Origin: an uncultured Clostridia bacterium
Lineage (GTDB): Bacteria > Bacillota > Clostridia > TANB77 > CAG-508
Length of the DNA stretch: 64,000 bases
Direction: 5' to 3'
Assembly: GCA_947627755.1 (NCBI GenBank)
Contig: CANQXD010000003.1
Location: 4,173 to 68,172, forward strand
Part shown: in pieces, positions 37,876-48,304 of the stretch
Numbering within the stretch: the stretch's first letter is position 1
Layout of the letters: each line of letters starts with the position of its first letter
Made by a program: the position numbers and the translations under genes
Notes under the pieces: generated by a model
Told to the model about the DNA's origin: nothing
What the model saw: only the letters and a program-made list of their open reading frames with translations
Databases searched by the model: none

Positions 37876-38961
37876 TTATGGCAATTGACTATTTTTTAAT
37901 ATATTTTCTACTTTAGTATTATAAAGTGCATTTATTCCAATATATTTTAGTTTTCCACTATAATTAAAATTTTTTAGTGAAGTACATTGTCTAAATGCAT
38001 ATTCACCAATAGAAATAACAGAATTTGGTACATCTACTTTTTCTAATTTTTTATTTAACTGAAATGCTGAATCTCCAATTATCTCTACTCCATTTTCGAT
38101 TGTTAAACTTTTAATATCTGATTGTGCAAATGCACCTTTACCAATATACTTAAATTGTTTTGGTATCGTTAAATCAGTAAATCCTTTTGCTTCATAAAAT
38201 GTCCAATTTTGTATATAATTTATTTGCTCTGGAAATTCAAAAGAATTAATTTTTTTATTATTTTCAAATAATGATTCACCATAGTATTGTAGATTCTTTG
38301 GCATTACTACTTTTCCTTTGATATCACTATTAATATATGCTAAATTATCAGTTGCACTAAAAGCTCTATCTCCAATATATATAACCGAATCTGGTAATGT
38401 AACTTTTTCAAGATTTTCATATCCATAAAATGTTTCACTATTAATATACTCTACACCTTCAGGCACTGTTATTGATATTATATTATTCCAATAGTTTTTT
38501 TCATTTATTGATTTATGAAATAATGCATTTCCAAGAGTTGCATTGTCTCCAATTGATATAACTTTATGTCCATCTAATGTACTTGGAAGTATAACATTTT
38601 CTGTAAAATTACTACTAGATGTGTAAACGTTTATTGCATTACCTTGTGCATCTAAGTCATAATACCATTTATTATTATCTACAATACAACTTTTTCCTTC
38701 TTGTACTGCTTCAGGTAGTGTTATTTTGTTTATTTCAAATTCAACTAAAGTTCCTAATTCTGTACTTCCATCATATAATGAAGTATTTGATTTTTCTGGC
38801 GTTGAAGTTGATGTTTGTGATGGCATTTGTGATGGCGTTGAATCTGATTTCTTTGTATTGACAACAAGTATAATTCCTATTAATATGCAAATTATTACTA
38901 TAACAATAGCTAAAATCATAATAGGTTTCTTAAAAAAATTTTCTTTTTCATTATCATTCAT
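37876..38961 (-). CDS. membrane-anchored BspA-type leucine-rich-repeat protein
   Basis: N-terminal TM, a Ser/Thr/Pro linker, then LRR_5-like repeats (ITVPEGVEYINSETFYGYENLEKVTLPDSVIYIGDRAF...). Confidence 0.8.
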   Translation of the reverse strand: MNDNEKENFFKKPIMILAIVIVIICILIGIILVVNTKKSDSTPSQMPSQTSTSTPEKSNTSLYDGSTELGTLVEFEINKITLPEAVQEGKSCIVDNNKWYYDLDAQGNAINVYTSSSNFTENVILPSTLDGHKVISIGDNATLGNALFHKSINEKNYWNNIISITVPEGVEYINSETFYGYENLEKVTLPDSVIYIGDRAFSATDNLAYINSDIKGKVVMPKNLQYYGESLFENNKKINSFEFPEQINYIQNWTFYEAKGFTDLTIPKQFKYIGKGAFAQSDIKSLTIENGVEIIGDSAFQLNKKLEKVDVPNSVISIGEYAFRQCTSLKNFNYSGKLKYIGINALYNTKVENILKNSQLP

Positions 38962-39103
38962 TTTTATTATTTCCCCCTTTTTCTTTAGTGTTAACTATAA
39001 AATAAATTTTTATTAATTTAAATTTATTTTTTTCAATTACTTTACAATATTACTTTATAATAAAAAAGTAGCAACGTCAAGTATTTTTTCAAATTTATAT
39101 TAT

Positions 39104-39625
39104 TTATTTTAATGCTACTATTTCTTCGTCTTGTTTTAATTTTTCTCCTAAAAATTGAAATACACTTTTATCTTTTTGCATGGCTATCATTCCAATTTCT
39201 TTATCATTTTTTAATCTACTACTAGCATATTTTAGAATAATTGGCTTATTTTCTACTGCTAATTTTACAACTTCTTTATCATCACGCATTTCTTGTGTCG
39301 CATAATATAAAATTTGCCCACTCATTTTTAGCCCACTCATTAATAATTCTTTATCATCTAATAGCTTTCCTTTGGCATAGCAATACGTCCAGCCTAATTT
39401 ACTAACTGATTCATACACAATTTCTCTATCTTCTTTTAAAGTGTCTGATGCAAATTCTAATGCTTCTGCATTGTTCTTTACCGCTTCTAATACAATTTCT
39501 CTATCATTTTTTAGTTCTTCATCTGCAAATTCTAACAACTTTCCATTTTCTTTTACTGTTTTTAGTACATATTCTCGATTGCTTGCATTTTCTTTCATAT
39601 TTATTACTTCTATTGGTTCTGGCAT
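39104..39625 (-). CDS. DUF4116 repeat protein
   Basis: Repeats of the type LKNDREIVLEAVKNNAEALEFASDTLKEDREIV, typical of DUF4116. Confidence 0.8.
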   Translation of the reverse strand: MPEPIEVINMKENASNREYVLKTVKENGKLLEFADEELKNDREIVLEAVKNNAEALEFASDTLKEDREIVYESVSKLGWTYCYAKGKLLDDKELLMSGLKMSGQILYYATQEMRDDKEVVKLAVENKPIILKYASSRLKNDKEIGMIAMQKDKSVFQFLGEKLKQDEEIVALK

Positions 39626-39653
39626 TTTTTCTCCTACTTTCTTTTACTAATTT

Positions 39654-41438
39654 TTAAAAATTATCTTTTATTTTCCTTGCTAAACTTTCTGTTATTCCTT
39701 TTACTTTTGTTAATTCTTCGATGCTAGCCTCTTTTATTTTTTCTACACTACCAAATGTTTGCATTAGTAGTTTTTTCTTTGCTTCTCCTATTCCTACAAT
39801 ATCATCTAAAGCAGAATGTGTTAGTTCTTTTTCCCTTAATTTTTTATGATAGCCAATGGCAGTATCGTGAACACTATCTTGAAAACGTGTAATTAGGTTT
39901 AGCAATTCTTGTGATATTGTAAGCTCTTTTCGGTTTTCATCCATTAAAGCTCTTGTCTGGTGCTTGTCGTTTTTTACCATTCCAAAAACAGGAATAGTTA
40001 GGTTGTAACTTTTTACTGCCTCAATGCCCGCTCTTATTTGGGTAATTCCGCCATCTACAAAAATTACATCTGGCAGCCTTCCAAAGCTTCCATTTTCCTC
40101 ATCTATAGAATGTTTTAATCTTCTTTGAATGACCTCTTTCATACAAGCTGGATCATCTTGTGAATAGATTGTTTTAATTTTAAATCTTCTTGCTAAGTTT
40201 TTCTTAATGTTGCCATCTTGCATAACACTCATTCCTGCTACCATATTCGTTCCAGATAAGTTTGAAATATCGTAACATTCAATCTTTCTTGGCATTTTCT
40301 CTAATTTTAGAACTTCCTTTAGTTCTGCTAAAACATTATATTGCTCTTTGTTTTTATTTTCTAATGTGATTAGCGCATTTCTTTCTGCCATTTCCACTAA
40401 TCTTAGTTTTTCACCTTTTTGAGGTGTTTTTATTTCTACTTTTCTTCCTGCGATTTTACTTAGGGATTCTTGAATTAATTCTTTATCTTCAATTTCTTCC
40501 TTCATCATAATTTTATTAGGTAAAATGGTTCTTCCAATGTAGTATTGTTTTACAAACTCGGAAACAATTCTTTCTTCTGTTTCATCTTCCATATTTTTTA
40601 AGAAGAAATACTCTCTTCCTATCATTTTGCTTTTACGCACAAAGAAAACTTCTATGCAAACTTCAAAATCGCCTCTTGCAAAGCCAATAACATCTATATC
40701 GTTTTCGGTAATATTAGATACCTTTTGCTTTTCTGAGATACGTTCAATTGCAATGATTTTATCTCTTACATAAGCTGCTTTTTCAAATTCCATTTTACTT
40801 GATAATTCTTGCATTTCTTGTTCTAATTGCTTTACTATTTTTTCTGTTTTTCCTTCAAGTAACAGTATAATTTCATCAATTTGTTTTCGGTATTCTTCTT
40901 TTGAAACATAGCCTTGGCATGGTGCTAAACATTTTTTTATATGATAATTTAAGCAAGGTCTATCTTTATATTTGAAATTGCGACATTGTCTAATTTTAAA
41001 TTTTTCTTTTATAAAATCTACCATTTCTTTGGCAGCACCAGCTGAGGCATAAGGTCCGAAATATTTTGCCCCATCATTTAACATTCTTCTTGTAATATAG
41101 ATGTTAGGATAATCTTCTTGCAACGTAATTTTTATATATGGATAGGTTTTATCATCTTTTAATAATACATTAAATTTTGGACGATTTTTCTTAATTAAAT
41201 TGCACTCTAAAATAAGGGCTTCTGCCTCATTATCTACCACAATGTACTCAAAGTGGTCAATTAGAGAAACCATATTTTCAATTCTCTTTGTTTTTTTATT
41301 TTTTCTAAAATATTGCCTTACACGATTTCTTAGAGAAATAGCTTTTCCTACGTAAATGATGTTGTCGTCTTTGTCGTGCATAATATAAACGCCTGGTTTA
41401 GAAGGCAATTTTTTCAGTTCTTGCTCAATATCAAACAT
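39654..41438 (-). CDS. uvrC: excinuclease ABC subunit C
   Basis: GIY-YIG domain (PGVYIMHDKDDNIIYVGKA...LRNRVRQY), UVR domain (FEKAAYVRDKIIAIE) and a C-terminal HhH region (IVGIGEAKKKLLMQTFGSVEKIKEAS). Confidence 0.95.
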   Translation of the reverse strand: MFDIEQELKKLPSKPGVYIMHDKDDNIIYVGKAISLRNRVRQYFRKNKKTKRIENMVSLIDHFEYIVVDNEAEALILECNLIKKNRPKFNVLLKDDKTYPYIKITLQEDYPNIYITRRMLNDGAKYFGPYASAGAAKEMVDFIKEKFKIRQCRNFKYKDRPCLNYHIKKCLAPCQGYVSKEEYRKQIDEIILLLEGKTEKIVKQLEQEMQELSSKMEFEKAAYVRDKIIAIERISEKQKVSNITENDIDVIGFARGDFEVCIEVFFVRKSKMIGREYFFLKNMEDETEERIVSEFVKQYYIGRTILPNKIMMKEEIEDKELIQESLSKIAGRKVEIKTPQKGEKLRLVEMAERNALITLENKNKEQYNVLAELKEVLKLEKMPRKIECYDISNLSGTNMVAGMSVMQDGNIKKNLARRFKIKTIYSQDDPACMKEVIQRRLKHSIDEENGSFGRLPDVIFVDGGITQIRAGIEAVKSYNLTIPVFGMVKNDKHQTRALMDENRKELTISQELLNLITRFQDSVHDTAIGYHKKLREKELTHSALDDIVGIGEAKKKLLMQTFGSVEKIKEASIEELTKVKGITESLARKIKDNF

Positions 41439-41568
41439 TTCTTTTTTCCTCTTTTTGTATTATACCACGGATTCTTAAATTACAAAAGTCTTTTGAATAT
41501 TTCGTTGCTGTTTTTTATATTTTTTGCTCCGTCCCTAAAATATAAAGCTAAAATTTTTAAACTAAATC

Positions 41569-41600
41569 TTGACACTTTTTTCCTTTTAGCATAATATAAT
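41569..41600 (+). promoter_or_regulatory. sigma-A-like promoter of the glmS ribozyme-glmS transcript
   Basis: TTGACA (41569-41574), 17 nt, TAATAT. An alternative TATAAT lies at 41595-41600. Confidence 0.55.
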
Positions 41601-41659
41601 ACCATAAATACTAAAAAAGCATTACAAATACAGATAATTTTCAAGAAAGGAGTTTGGAA

Positions 41660-41818
41660 TTGATTAAGCGCCTGGACAGGATTTTTTACTTTTCCTGTTG
41701 ACGAGGAAGGAACTTATCGAAAGATTCGGCGGATGGTTCCTTGGCATTGGTTACTGCCATAAATATGGAAAAAAACGAATTGTGAAATTCGATAACAAAG
41801 TCCATAAGGTAGCCTTTA
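41660..41818 (+). ncRNA. glmS ribozyme: glmS ribozyme (GlcN6P-dependent self-cleaving riboswitch)
   Basis: aAGCGCCtggacagg...cctgttGACGAGGAagg...ttCGGCGGATGg...ggtagcc matches the conserved glmS ribozyme core blocks, directly upstream of glmS. GC-richer than its flanks. Confidence 0.85.
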
Positions 41819-41864
41819 TTTGTATGCTTTCTTTAGAGTTTACTTTAAAGGAGGTTTTTTTATT

Positions 41865-43676
41865 ATGTGTGGAATTGTTGGATATGTAGGAGAAAAGAAG
41901 TGTACTCCTATTTTATTAAATGGACTTAAAAACTTAGAATATCGAGGTTATGACTCTGCAGGAATAGCAGTTTTAGAAAAGAATTCAATTCAAATTAGAA
42001 AAGCAAAAGGAAGAGTCAAAAATTTAGAGGAATTGATGCAAAAAGATTTGTGTGAAGGAACAATTGGCATTGCCCATACTAGGTGGGCTACACATGGCAA
42101 GCCTTCGAAAGAAAATGCACATCCTCATGAAGATAATAGCCATAGTTTTGCTTTAGTTCATAATGGAATTATAGAAAATTATAAGCAGCTTCGCCGTTTT
42201 TTAAAAGAACAGGATTATACTTTCTATTCAGAAACGGATACAGAAGTCATTCCTAATTTAATTCATTACTATTATACCAAGCAGGAGAAAACAAAAAAGG
42301 GCTTTTTACAAGCTGTCGCTTTAGCTTGTAAAAAATTAGAAGGAAGCTTTGCAATTTTAGTTCTTTGCAAAGATTTTCCAAAAACCATCATTTTAGCTAG
42401 AAGAAATAGTCCTTTGGTGGTGGGAAAAGGAGAAAATGAATATTATATTGCTTCTGATATGCCTGCTATTTTAGAGTATACAAGAGATTTTTACTTTTTA
42501 GAAGATAATGAGATAACTTTGCTTGAAAAAGATTCTATTGATTTCTTTGACTTTGATTTAGATAAGCATAAGAAGGAACTTGTTCACAGTGGCCTTAATC
42601 GTCATGCTAGTAGTAAAAATGGTTATCAAGACTTTATGCTCAAGGAGATAGAAGAACAACCTCAAGCTATTTTTGAAACATTACAAAAGGAAATTGAGTT
42701 ACCTTTATCTAGAAAAGAAATTTCTTCTTTTTCTCAAATCTATATTGTGGCTTGTGGAACTGCAATGCATGCTGGCTTAGTAGGAAAAACTTGTATAGAA
42801 TCATTCTGCAAAATTCCTACTTTTGTAGAAATTGCTTCTGAATTTCGCTACCGTAACCCTCTTGTTGATTCTGATACGCTTTGTATTTTTATTAGCCAAT
42901 CTGGTGAGACTGCTGATACTATTGCGGCTTTGAAACTTGCTAAGCAAAAAGGTGCAAAAACAATTGCCATTTCTAATGTCATGGGTAGTTCCCTTGTAAG
43001 AGAAGCAGATATGTATTTTTATACTTATGCTGGTCCCGAAATTGCAGTTGCCTCAACAAAAGCGTATACTTCTCAAGTTTGCTTACTTTGTATGATTGCT
43101 ATTTCACTTGCAAAACAATTAAAAACTACCTCTAAGAACGAATTAGAAAGTTTCAAGAAAGAATTGTTACAGCTACCACAAGAAATAGAAAGTATTTTAG
43201 ATAATAAAGATTCAATCCAACTACTTGCCAAACAGCTTTACTTGGAAAAAGATATGTTTTTTTTAGGTCGTGGAATTGATTATGCAACTTGCTTAGAAGC
43301 TTCTTTGAAATTGAAAGAAATTTCTTATATTCACTCAGAAGCTTACCCTGCAGGAGAATTAAAACACGGTCCTATTGCATTGATTGAGTCTAACACTGCC
43401 GTAGTTGGTATTTTAACAGAAGAAACATTGCTTGATAAAACGATTAGTAATTTACAAGAGGTAATGGCAAGAGGGGCAAAAATTTTTGTTGTTACCAATC
43501 AAGTATTACCAGAAAATAACTTTGATTTTATTTTTTCTGTTCCAAAAACAAATCGATTTTTATCCCCTATTCTTTCTATTGTTCCTTTTCAACTATTTTC
43601 TTACTATATAGCAAAAGAAAAGGACTTAGATATTGATAAGCCTAGAAATTTAGCGAAATCGGTAACTGTAGAATAA
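41865..43676 (+). CDS. glmS: glutamine--fructose-6-phosphate aminotransferase
   Basis: MCGIVGYVG N-terminal nucleophile, two SIS domains, C-terminal KPRNLAKSVTVE. Start at the ATG at 41865 after AAAGGAGG (the track ORF starts too early). Confidence 0.97.
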   Translation: MCGIVGYVGEKKCTPILLNGLKNLEYRGYDSAGIAVLEKNSIQIRKAKGRVKNLEELMQKDLCEGTIGIAHTRWATHGKPSKENAHPHEDNSHSFALVHNGIIENYKQLRRFLKEQDYTFYSETDTEVIPNLIHYYYTKQEKTKKGFLQAVALACKKLEGSFAILVLCKDFPKTIILARRNSPLVVGKGENEYYIASDMPAILEYTRDFYFLEDNEITLLEKDSIDFFDFDLDKHKKELVHSGLNRHASSKNGYQDFMLKEIEEQPQAIFETLQKEIELPLSRKEISSFSQIYIVACGTAMHAGLVGKTCIESFCKIPTFVEIASEFRYRNPLVDSDTLCIFISQSGETADTIAALKLAKQKGAKTIAISNVMGSSLVREADMYFYTYAGPEIAVASTKAYTSQVCLLCMIAISLAKQLKTTSKNELESFKKELLQLPQEIESILDNKDSIQLLAKQLYLEKDMFFLGRGIDYATCLEASLKLKEISYIHSEAYPAGELKHGPIALIESNTAVVGILTEETLLDKTISNLQEVMARGAKIFVVTNQVLPENNFDFIFSVPKTNRFLSPILSIVPFQLFSYYIAKEKDLDIDKPRNLAKSVTVE

Positions 43677-43687
43677 AAATGATTTTT

Positions 43688-43960
43688 TTAAATTAAAAAT
43701 AATTTTAGCAAAACTAATAGTATAACTCCCGGTACTCCTAATATTCCCGTTATAATAGCAGTTCCTACATTAAGCCCTATGTGGAAATTGAATAAGCCTC
43801 CTATAGCATTAGCAACGAATATAAGTACTCCACCTAATATAGAGTTTCCTATTAGTTTTGCTATGCTTTTTAGAGGCAAAATAAAAAATCTTCCTATGAT
43901 AAATAAGAATACTATACATGCTAAATACACAATCACTGTATTTCCATCCAAAATAATCAC
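43688..43960 (-). CDS. bofA: pro-sigma-K processing inhibitor BofA
   Basis: 90-aa membrane protein with NSILGGVLIFVANAIGGLFNFHIGLNVGTAIITGILGVPGV, the BofA signature. Follows yaaL as in B. subtilis. Confidence 0.85.
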   Translation of the reverse strand: MIILDGNTVIVYLACIVFLFIIGRFFILPLKSIAKLIGNSILGGVLIFVANAIGGLFNFHIGLNVGTAIITGILGVPGVILLVLLKLFLI

Positions 43961-44010
43961 CTTTTTTCTTTTCTTATTTCATTTGTATGATTATTTTGGG
44001 ACAAATATTC

Positions 44011-44289
44011 CTAAATTACTTTATTATAATTTATATCTATTTGCTCTATCATATCTAAAGCTAGACCTTTTTTCTTTGCCTTTTTTAATAAATAGTCAAA
44101 TTTTGCTCTCATGGCTTTTATTTGATAAGTATAATAGTCTATTAAATCTTCTTGTGCATATTCAAAATTGAGATTTGCAACTTCTAATTCTTTTTTTGTT
44201 TTTATAATACTAACCATTAGCTCTATTTCTTTTTCCTCATCTGATTTGTCGAATACCTTTGTTTCTTTTTTATATTCTTCTTCCTGCAT
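44011..44289 (-). CDS. yaaL: DUF2508 protein (YaaL)
   Basis: 92 aa with VSIIKTKKELEVANLNFEYAQEDLIDYYTYQIKAMRAKFDYLLKKAKKKG, typical of YaaL. Adjacent to bofA. Confidence 0.75.
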   Translation of the reverse strand: MQEEEYKKETKVFDKSDEEKEIELMVSIIKTKKELEVANLNFEYAQEDLIDYYTYQIKAMRAKFDYLLKKAKKKGLALDMIEQIDINYNKVI

Positions 44290-44361
44290 ATTTTAATCTC
44301 CTTTTTAAACAATTCTTGTTAATAGTGTATCCTTTTTTGTTTTTTATTATTCCAATTTTTT

Positions 44362-45201
44362 CTAAAAGAACTGATAAATAATAATACCAATAGATTGAAT
44401 AATAAATAAATTTAGTATATTTGATGTTAGTAAATTATTTGTAGCTTCTACTACTCCTAATTCTACATTTTTGGCTTCGTGATAGTGTTTTTGTGATTCA
44501 AAAAAGGTTATAAGTTCTGGAATGCTAGTGATAAATCCTAGTGCAATACCGAGTATAATTTCAGAAATTCCAAAAAATGCTGCTAAATTTTCTAAACAAA
44601 CGCTTAGGGCATTTCCTACAATGTATAATGAAGCACTTGTAAATAAAAGGAATAACGAATATTTTACTACTAATTTTGTTTTTCCTTTTACCCATTTCTT
44701 TTCTTTTTCTATTTTTTCTTCTATTTGTGTATCTTGTTTTTGTAAGTAAAGTTTATGTGCATTATGATTTATATAATAGAATAATAGGCATAGTAGAATA
44801 AAAATCGGTATCATAGAAGGAATGTATCCCATATTAAATATGGCTAAAGCAACTGGTATTAGTATTGTAATTATCACTAGAATAATATCTATACGTATTG
44901 CCATATTTTTTAATATTCTTTGATTATGATTAAAAAATATGGATGCACTATATTGCAAAAAATTGATGACATTGGAACTAATAATATTATAAACACTAGC
45001 CCCTACTAACCCTGCCAAAGCAGAAAAAGAAACCGTCAATAGTTCTGGCACAGAGGTAGCAAGTCCTGCTATATTTCCTACAGCTTTTGCTGACAAATCT
45101 AAACTTTCTGCAAGCTTACGAAGCAATCCCACTAACACATATTTGGCAATTACAACGATTAGCAATGAATAAATAAAAAATTTTATGATTTCTAGTAACA
45201 T
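44362..45201 (-). CDS. CaCA-family cation/Ca2+ exchanger-like membrane protein
   Basis: Two internal repeats with alpha-repeat-like motifs GLATSVPELL and GFITSIPELITF. Polytopic. Confidence 0.7.
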   Translation of the reverse strand: MLLEIIKFFIYSLLIVVIAKYVLVGLLRKLAESLDLSAKAVGNIAGLATSVPELLTVSFSALAGLVGASVYNIISSNVINFLQYSASIFFNHNQRILKNMAIRIDIILVIITILIPVALAIFNMGYIPSMIPIFILLCLLFYYINHNAHKLYLQKQDTQIEEKIEKEKKWVKGKTKLVVKYSLFLLFTSASLYIVGNALSVCLENLAAFFGISEIILGIALGFITSIPELITFFESQKHYHEAKNVELGVVEATNNLLTSNILNLFIIQSIGIIIYQFF

Positions 45202-45412
45202 AGTCTCTCCTTTTTACTATATTTTCCTAAGCTAGTATTTTTATACGAAAAACATTTTTGTTCTTATTTTCCGTAAAGTCTAAACTATAAAACACACCTG
45301 AAAAAGACTTAAATACGACTGCATCGTTACAATTTTTATAACAATTTCCAGTAAAACAATTGAATTTATCCTATTTTTGTGCTAAAATGCGAGTATTAAA
45401 AGAGGTGTTTTT

Positions 45413-46705
45413 ATGTTAGATATTAAATTTGTAAGAGAAAATCCTGAAATCGTAAAAGAAAATATTAAGAAAAAATTTCAATACCATAAGCTTGGTTTAG
45501 TAGATGAAGTAATTGAACTTGATACCAAAAACAGGGAAATTAAACTAAAAGGAGACGAGCTTAGAGCTTCTAGAAATACGTTAAGTAGTCAAATTGGAAA
45601 CCTTATGAAGGAAGGAAAAAAAGAAGAAGCAGAGCAAATCAAACAAAAGGTAAAAGAAATTAACGATGAATTAGTAGAAAATGAGAAATTAGAAGAACAA
45701 TATTCTAATGAAATTAAAGAAAGAATGATGAAAATTCCTAATATCATTCATTCTTCTGTTCCTGTTGGAAAAGATGATAGTGAAAATGTGGAAATTCAAA
45801 AATATGGAGAACCTATTGTTCCAGATTATGAAATTCCTTTCCATGGAGAAATTTTAGAAAAACTAGGAGGAATTGACTTTGACTCTGCTCGTAGAGTAGC
45901 TGGAAATGGTTTTTACTATTTAATGGGTGATATTGCAAGACTTCATTCTGCTGTTTTAACTTATGCTAGAGATTTTATGATTAACAAAGGTTTTACTTAT
46001 TGTATTCCTCCTTATATGATTCGTTCTGATGTAGTTACTGGCGTTATGAGTTTTGAAGAAATGGACGCTATGATGTATAAAATTGAAGGCGAAGATTTAT
46101 ATTTAATTGGTACTTCTGAACATTCTATGATTGGTAAATTTAAAGGACAACTATTAAATAAAGAAAATTTACCTTATACCATGACTTCGTATTCTCCTTG
46201 TTTTCGAAAAGAAAAAGGTGCACATGGTTTAGAAGAACGTGGTATTTACCGAATTCACCAATTTGAAAAGCAAGAAATGATTGTGGTTTGTGAACCAGAA
46301 GAAAGTTATGAATGGTATGATAAAATGTGGAGTTATACTGTTGAATTATTCCGTAGTATGAATATTCCTGTTCGTACTTTAGAGTGCTGTTCTGGTGACT
46401 TAGCAGATTTAAAAGCAAAAAGCTGTGATGTTGAGGCATGGAGTCCAAGACAGAAAAAGTATTTTGAAGTAGGAAGTTGTTCTAACTTAACAGATGCACA
46501 AGCACGTAGACTTGGTATTCGTATTAAAGGAGAAAAAGGAAATTACTATGCTCATACCTTAAACAATACAGTAGTTGCTCCTCCTCGTATGTTAATTGCG
46601 ATTTTAGAAAATAACTATCAAGAAGATGGAAGCGTTATAGTTCCAGAAGTTTTACGTCCTTATATGGGTGGACTTGAAAAAATTAAGGAGAAAAAAATAT
46701 GTTAG
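45413..46705 (+). CDS. serS: serine--tRNA ligase
   Basis: MLDIKFVRENPEIVKENIKKK, an N-terminal coiled-coil arm and class II motifs (YRIHQFEKQEM, GSCSNLTDAQARRL, HTLNNT). Confidence 0.95.
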   Translation: MLDIKFVRENPEIVKENIKKKFQYHKLGLVDEVIELDTKNREIKLKGDELRASRNTLSSQIGNLMKEGKKEEAEQIKQKVKEINDELVENEKLEEQYSNEIKERMMKIPNIIHSSVPVGKDDSENVEIQKYGEPIVPDYEIPFHGEILEKLGGIDFDSARRVAGNGFYYLMGDIARLHSAVLTYARDFMINKGFTYCIPPYMIRSDVVTGVMSFEEMDAMMYKIEGEDLYLIGTSEHSMIGKFKGQLLNKENLPYTMTSYSPCFRKEKGAHGLEERGIYRIHQFEKQEMIVVCEPEESYEWYDKMWSYTVELFRSMNIPVRTLECCSGDLADLKAKSCDVEAWSPRQKKYFEVGSCSNLTDAQARRLGIRIKGEKGNYYAHTLNNTVVAPPRMLIAILENNYQEDGSVIVPEVLRPYMGGLEKIKEKKIC

Positions 46706-47283
46706 TTAAAAATCCAAAATTTGAAATATCGGCTGTAAAGCCTGCCCAATATCCTAATAATGATTTACCTCAAATTGTTTTAGTTGGAAAATCTAATGTA
46801 GGAAAATCGTCTTTTGTTAATACTATGGTAAATCGCAAAAATCTTGCTAGAACTAGTTCTGAACCAGGTAAAACAAGACAAATCAATTTTTATAATATGG
46901 ATAATAACTTTTATTTTGTGGATTTACCCGGTTATGGTTATAGTAAAATGTCTAAACAAGAACAAGCAAAGGTGGGAACTTTTATTGAGGAATATTTAAA
47001 TACAAGTAATAATATTGAACTTATTGTATTTCTACTTGATATTAGACATGAACCAACAGAAAATGATAGATTGATGTATCGTTATATTATTGACTCTGAA
47101 AGACCTTGTATTGTAATTTGTAACAAAGCAGATAAAATTGCTATTACCAAAGTAGATAAACAAGTAGAAAATTTACAAAATGCACTAAATCCTTTAAAAG
47201 ATTTAACTTTTTTACCTTTTTCTTCAGAAAGAAAAATTTATACAGAAAAAGTTTGGGACAAAATAGAAAATTATATTTCTTAG
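46699..47283 (+). CDS. engB: ribosome-biogenesis GTPase YsxC/EngB
   Basis: G1 motif GKSNVGKSS, G3 motif DLPGYGY and G4 motif NKADK. Overlaps the serS stop by 7 nt. Confidence 0.9.
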   Translation: MLVKNPKFEISAVKPAQYPNNDLPQIVLVGKSNVGKSSFVNTMVNRKNLARTSSEPGKTRQINFYNMDNNFYFVDLPGYGYSKMSKQEQAKVGTFIEEYLNTSNNIELIVFLLDIRHEPTENDRLMYRYIIDSERPCIVICNKADKIAITKVDKQVENLQNALNPLKDLTFLPFSSERKIYTEKVWDKIENYIS

Positions 47284-47287
47284 CATA

Positions 47288-47325
47288 AAAAGAAGAAACC
47301 TCCAAAATGGAGATTTCTTCTTTTA
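47288..47325. terminator. bidirectional terminator (engB / 47326 ORF)
   Basis: Stem agaagaaacctcc / ggagatttcttct with one mismatch, flanked by AAAA and TTTT. Confidence 0.7.
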
Positions 47326-48189
47326 TTACATCTTCAACACCACCAATTCTCCTGTTTCCTTTCGCCATAGTTGTCCGTCACTAATACAGTGAAATATTAT
47401 GCTAGACATCTTTCTATTTCCAATTGATGGGAATTGCCTCATTACATCAGGAAACTTTATATTAGGATGGCTCCTAATATAATAAAGAACCCTTGCTTTG
47501 GAATACGTATGATAGCTCTTTGTTATGTTATTTTTTCCTCCTGTAATGTATTTTCCTTGCATTTGATTTAGTAATTCTGGAAGTTTATAAAATTCTTTTG
47601 GAAATTCAGTTTTAATTTGTAGTTCCGTAAAATTATCTTGTTGCATAATGTAATCTAACAAGATTTTATACCTAGACTTTTCAAAAATGCCAAATGGAAA
47701 ATCATATAACATATAATTTTTTCTTTCCTTTCTGAGTTCTTTTGACTCTATGAGAAAGTCCAGTACTTTTGCAACTATTTTAGGAGATACCTTTACTCTA
47801 GTAACAATCTGTTCTTGTGTCATTTTACAAGTAGTTGTCTTAAAGAGATTTAAAATTTGAATTTCTCTTTTTGCTATTTCATTTATGTCTATTATTTCTT
47901 CCTCTTTGCTTTTTTGCCATTCACATCTTTTGGTTTCTTTTTCTATAGTGTTTTTAGGTGTATCAATTGGCTTTATTGCTACTATATCTAGCCATCCTTC
48001 TAAGATTATAAGCTTAATAATAGCAATTATGCTTTCATTATTGATTGAGCCTTTAATACAAAATGGTTCCAGTGTAGTAACTACAGTAGTTTCTGTAATA
48101 CCTATTTTTCCGCTGACAAATTCTAAAATCTTCCGTTGAATTTGTTTATTTTCTGTTTGGATCATAACTATATTTTCATTTTTTTCCAT
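47326..48189 (-). CDS. orphan hypothetical protein (287 aa)
   Basis: Long ORF with RBS AGGAGGAAAAA. No recognisable catalytic motif. Several segments look like winged-helix folds (TQEQIVTRVKVSPKIVAKVLDFLIESKEL). Somewhat GC-richer at the 3' end. Confidence 0.6.
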   Translation of the reverse strand: MEKNENIVMIQTENKQIQRKILEFVSGKIGITETTVVTTLEPFCIKGSINNESIIAIIKLIILEGWLDIVAIKPIDTPKNTIEKETKRCEWQKSKEEEIIDINEIAKREIQILNLFKTTTCKMTQEQIVTRVKVSPKIVAKVLDFLIESKELRKERKNYMLYDFPFGIFEKSRYKILLDYIMQQDNFTELQIKTEFPKEFYKLPELLNQMQGKYITGGKNNITKSYHTYSKARVLYYIRSHPNIKFPDVMRQFPSIGNRKMSSIIFHCISDGQLWRKETGELVVLKM

Positions 48190-48304
48190 AGTTTTTCCTC
48201 CTTATACATATAGCAAGTCAGTTTTATGTTTACTACATTAATATGTATTATTATATCACTATTTTTTTTATTTGTCTATTGCTTTATAGAAAATAACTCA
48301 TTAA

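Noticed and set aside
41698-41889. 63-aa ORF in the track (MTRKELIERFGGWFLGIGYCHKYG...) upstream of glmS
   Set aside because: It lies entirely within the glmS ribozyme and leader. The GC-rich conserved blocks (GACGAGGA, CGGCGGATG) explain the open frame, and it has no RBS. Likewise the track's glmS start at 41820 is too early; the MCGIVG start is at 41865.
45202-45412. Search for T-box leaders upstream of serS, and also of metG (30934-31030), gltX (50240-50440) and proS (8214-8271)
   Set aside because: No T-box sequence (AAnnnGGGTGGTACCGCG-like), specifier hairpin or terminator/antiterminator pair was seen. The leaders are short and almost devoid of G/C. This is noted as absence only, not as a feature.
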